Source of the DNA: Candidatus Marinacidobacterales bacterium
Lineage (GTDB): Bacteria > Acidobacteriota > Vicinamibacteria > Marinacidobacterales > SMYC01
Direction: 5' to 3'
Assembly: GCA_965224085.1 (NCBI GenBank)
Contig: CBDCYI010000005.1
Span: forward strand, 96,001-160,000
DNA: 64,000 nt
Shown here: positions 62,974 to 64,000 of the stretch, one piece after another
Position numbering within the stretch: the first letter of the stretch is position 1
How the letters are laid out: the number at the start of each line of letters is the position of its first letter
Notes under the pieces: model-generated
Seen by the model: only the letters and a program-made list of their open reading frames with translations
What the model was told of the DNA's origin: nothing
Database searches by the model: none
Program-made: the position numbers and the translations under genes

Positions 62974-63540
62974 ATGAGATTCGAAGTCTTGGTCTTGACC
63001 ACCGTGCTTGGGACGGTGAGTGCGCCGTCCACAGGGGCGGGAGCTCAAATCGACCAGAAAAAAGCGCCCGCGCAGCAGATCGAAGAGGCGCTGAGCGCAC
63101 TGCCGGAATCGATGCGGGAGGATGCCACGGTGGAAGGCTTCGACGACAGTGGGAACTTGGTCGTGCTGCGCGAAGGCTCGAGCTCCATCACTTGCCGCGC
63201 CGACGATCCGGGCGTTCGCGCATGGATCGTTCATTGCTATCGGAGGAGCTCGAAGCGTTCGTAGCGCGGAGTGAAGAGCTGAGGAAAGAAGGTGTGGATA
63301 CGCCCGCGCGTATCAAAACGCTCGCGTCAGAAATCGCGTCCGGGGCGATCCAGCTTCCCGACATCGCGGTCGTCTACGCACGCCAGGGGAACAGCGTCGA
63401 TGTCGCGAGCGGCATCGTCATCGCGCACGTGCCTAACGCCACCGGCCGCTCGACCGGGCTTCCAACGTTGCCGACGCGGGTCACCGTGGCTGGCGGAAAC
63501 GGGAACCCCGATGGCGAACATTCGCATCGCCGTACGTTGA
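62974..63540 (+). pseudogene. Secreted hypothetical protein with two frameshifts
   Basis: Signal peptide after GGAG. Continuous-looking sequence is spread over three ORFs (..VHCY | SEELEAFVARSEELR..STGLP | PWLAETGTP). Confidence 0.55.
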
Positions 63541-63590
63541 CTAGCCCAAGAAGCGGTGGTTAGGATGGGGGTGACGGACTTGGAATCGTC

Positions 63591-64000
63591 ATGAAGAAAA
63601 CTAAAGTTTTGTTGGCGGACGATCACACCATCGTTGCGGAAGGATTGGCGAGCTTGCTCGAGCCGGATTTCGAGCTCGTCGGCCGCGTCGATAACGGACG
63701 GGATTTGCTGCGGAAGGCGGAGGAGCTCTCTCCCGATGTCATTGTAACGGACATCTCGATGCCGCTTTTGAACGGGATCGAGGCGCTGCGTCAGCTGAAG
63801 AAGACCAAGCCCGACTTGCGGGTCGTTTTTCTTACCGTTCACGCCGACGTGTCTTATATTACTGAGGCGTTTCGCGCCGGCGCCTCCGGCTATGTGCTCA
63901 AGCAATCCGCCGCGGAAGAGCTGCGCTCGGCGATCAAGGCCGTGCACGAAGGCCGGACGTACTTGACGCCTCTCATCGCCAAGGACTTCCTGAACGATAT
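63591..64000 (+). CDS. NarL/FixJ-type response regulator, runs off window edge
   Basis: MKKTKVLLADDH, VTDISMPLLNG, GASGYVLKQSAAEEL. Confidence 0.9.
   Translation, partial: MKKTKVLLADDHTIVAEGLASLLEPDFELVGRVDNGRDLLRKAEELSPDVIVTDISMPLLNGIEALRQLKKTKPDLRVVFLTVHADVSYITEAFRAGASGYVLKQSAAEELRSAIKAVHEGRTYLTPLIAKDFLND

Noticed and set aside
1-64000. CRISPR array, cas genes or other repeat-spacer array
   Set aside because: No regularly spaced repeats and no cas-like ORFs seen.

Overview
This is a GC-rich bacterial chromosomal segment. The gene repertoire (MglAB, DUF4388 proteins, VPS10/BNR hydrolase, ParB-like family) suggests Acidobacteriota, possibly Vicinamibacteria-like, but that is inference only. 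Left to right: an RND adaptor and TolC; a broken PKD gene and Ser/Thr kinase; lpxD-moeA-moaC-acylase; a LysW-like gene and larE separated by an IS200; tatA; a MASE1 sensor kinase; and a CHASE4 gene cut by nested IS200/IS5 elements. Two inverted IS5-family copies then bracket mglB'-mglA, tRNA-Asn, an integrase-less 6.5-kb tRNA islet carrying a giant C25 protease, and a DUF4388 gene. The centre holds the two best candidates for an undescribed system. (1) A sulfation-linked module: sat-cysC, cysQ and a sulfotransferase next to an operon of two alkaline-phosphatase-superfamily paralogs with predicted opposite topology, a small RHH protein with an LxxLGY tail, and an EMC3/TMCO1(DUF106)-like membrane protein. 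(2) A sigma54 activator whose GGDEF domain is catalytically dead but keeps the I-site, followed by a near-consensus -24/-12 promoter upstream of DGC, PDE and PilZ genes; the PDE gene is interrupted by a 189-bp MITE. The right part has REC-DUF4388, a GntP permease, a VPS10 hydrolase, ubiX, an ISNCY-like transposase, an RRM protein and several gene remnants. Truncations, internal deletions and 1-bp frameshifts are pervasive, indicating either genome erosion or assembly error. All calls come from reading motifs by eye; no database searches were run.
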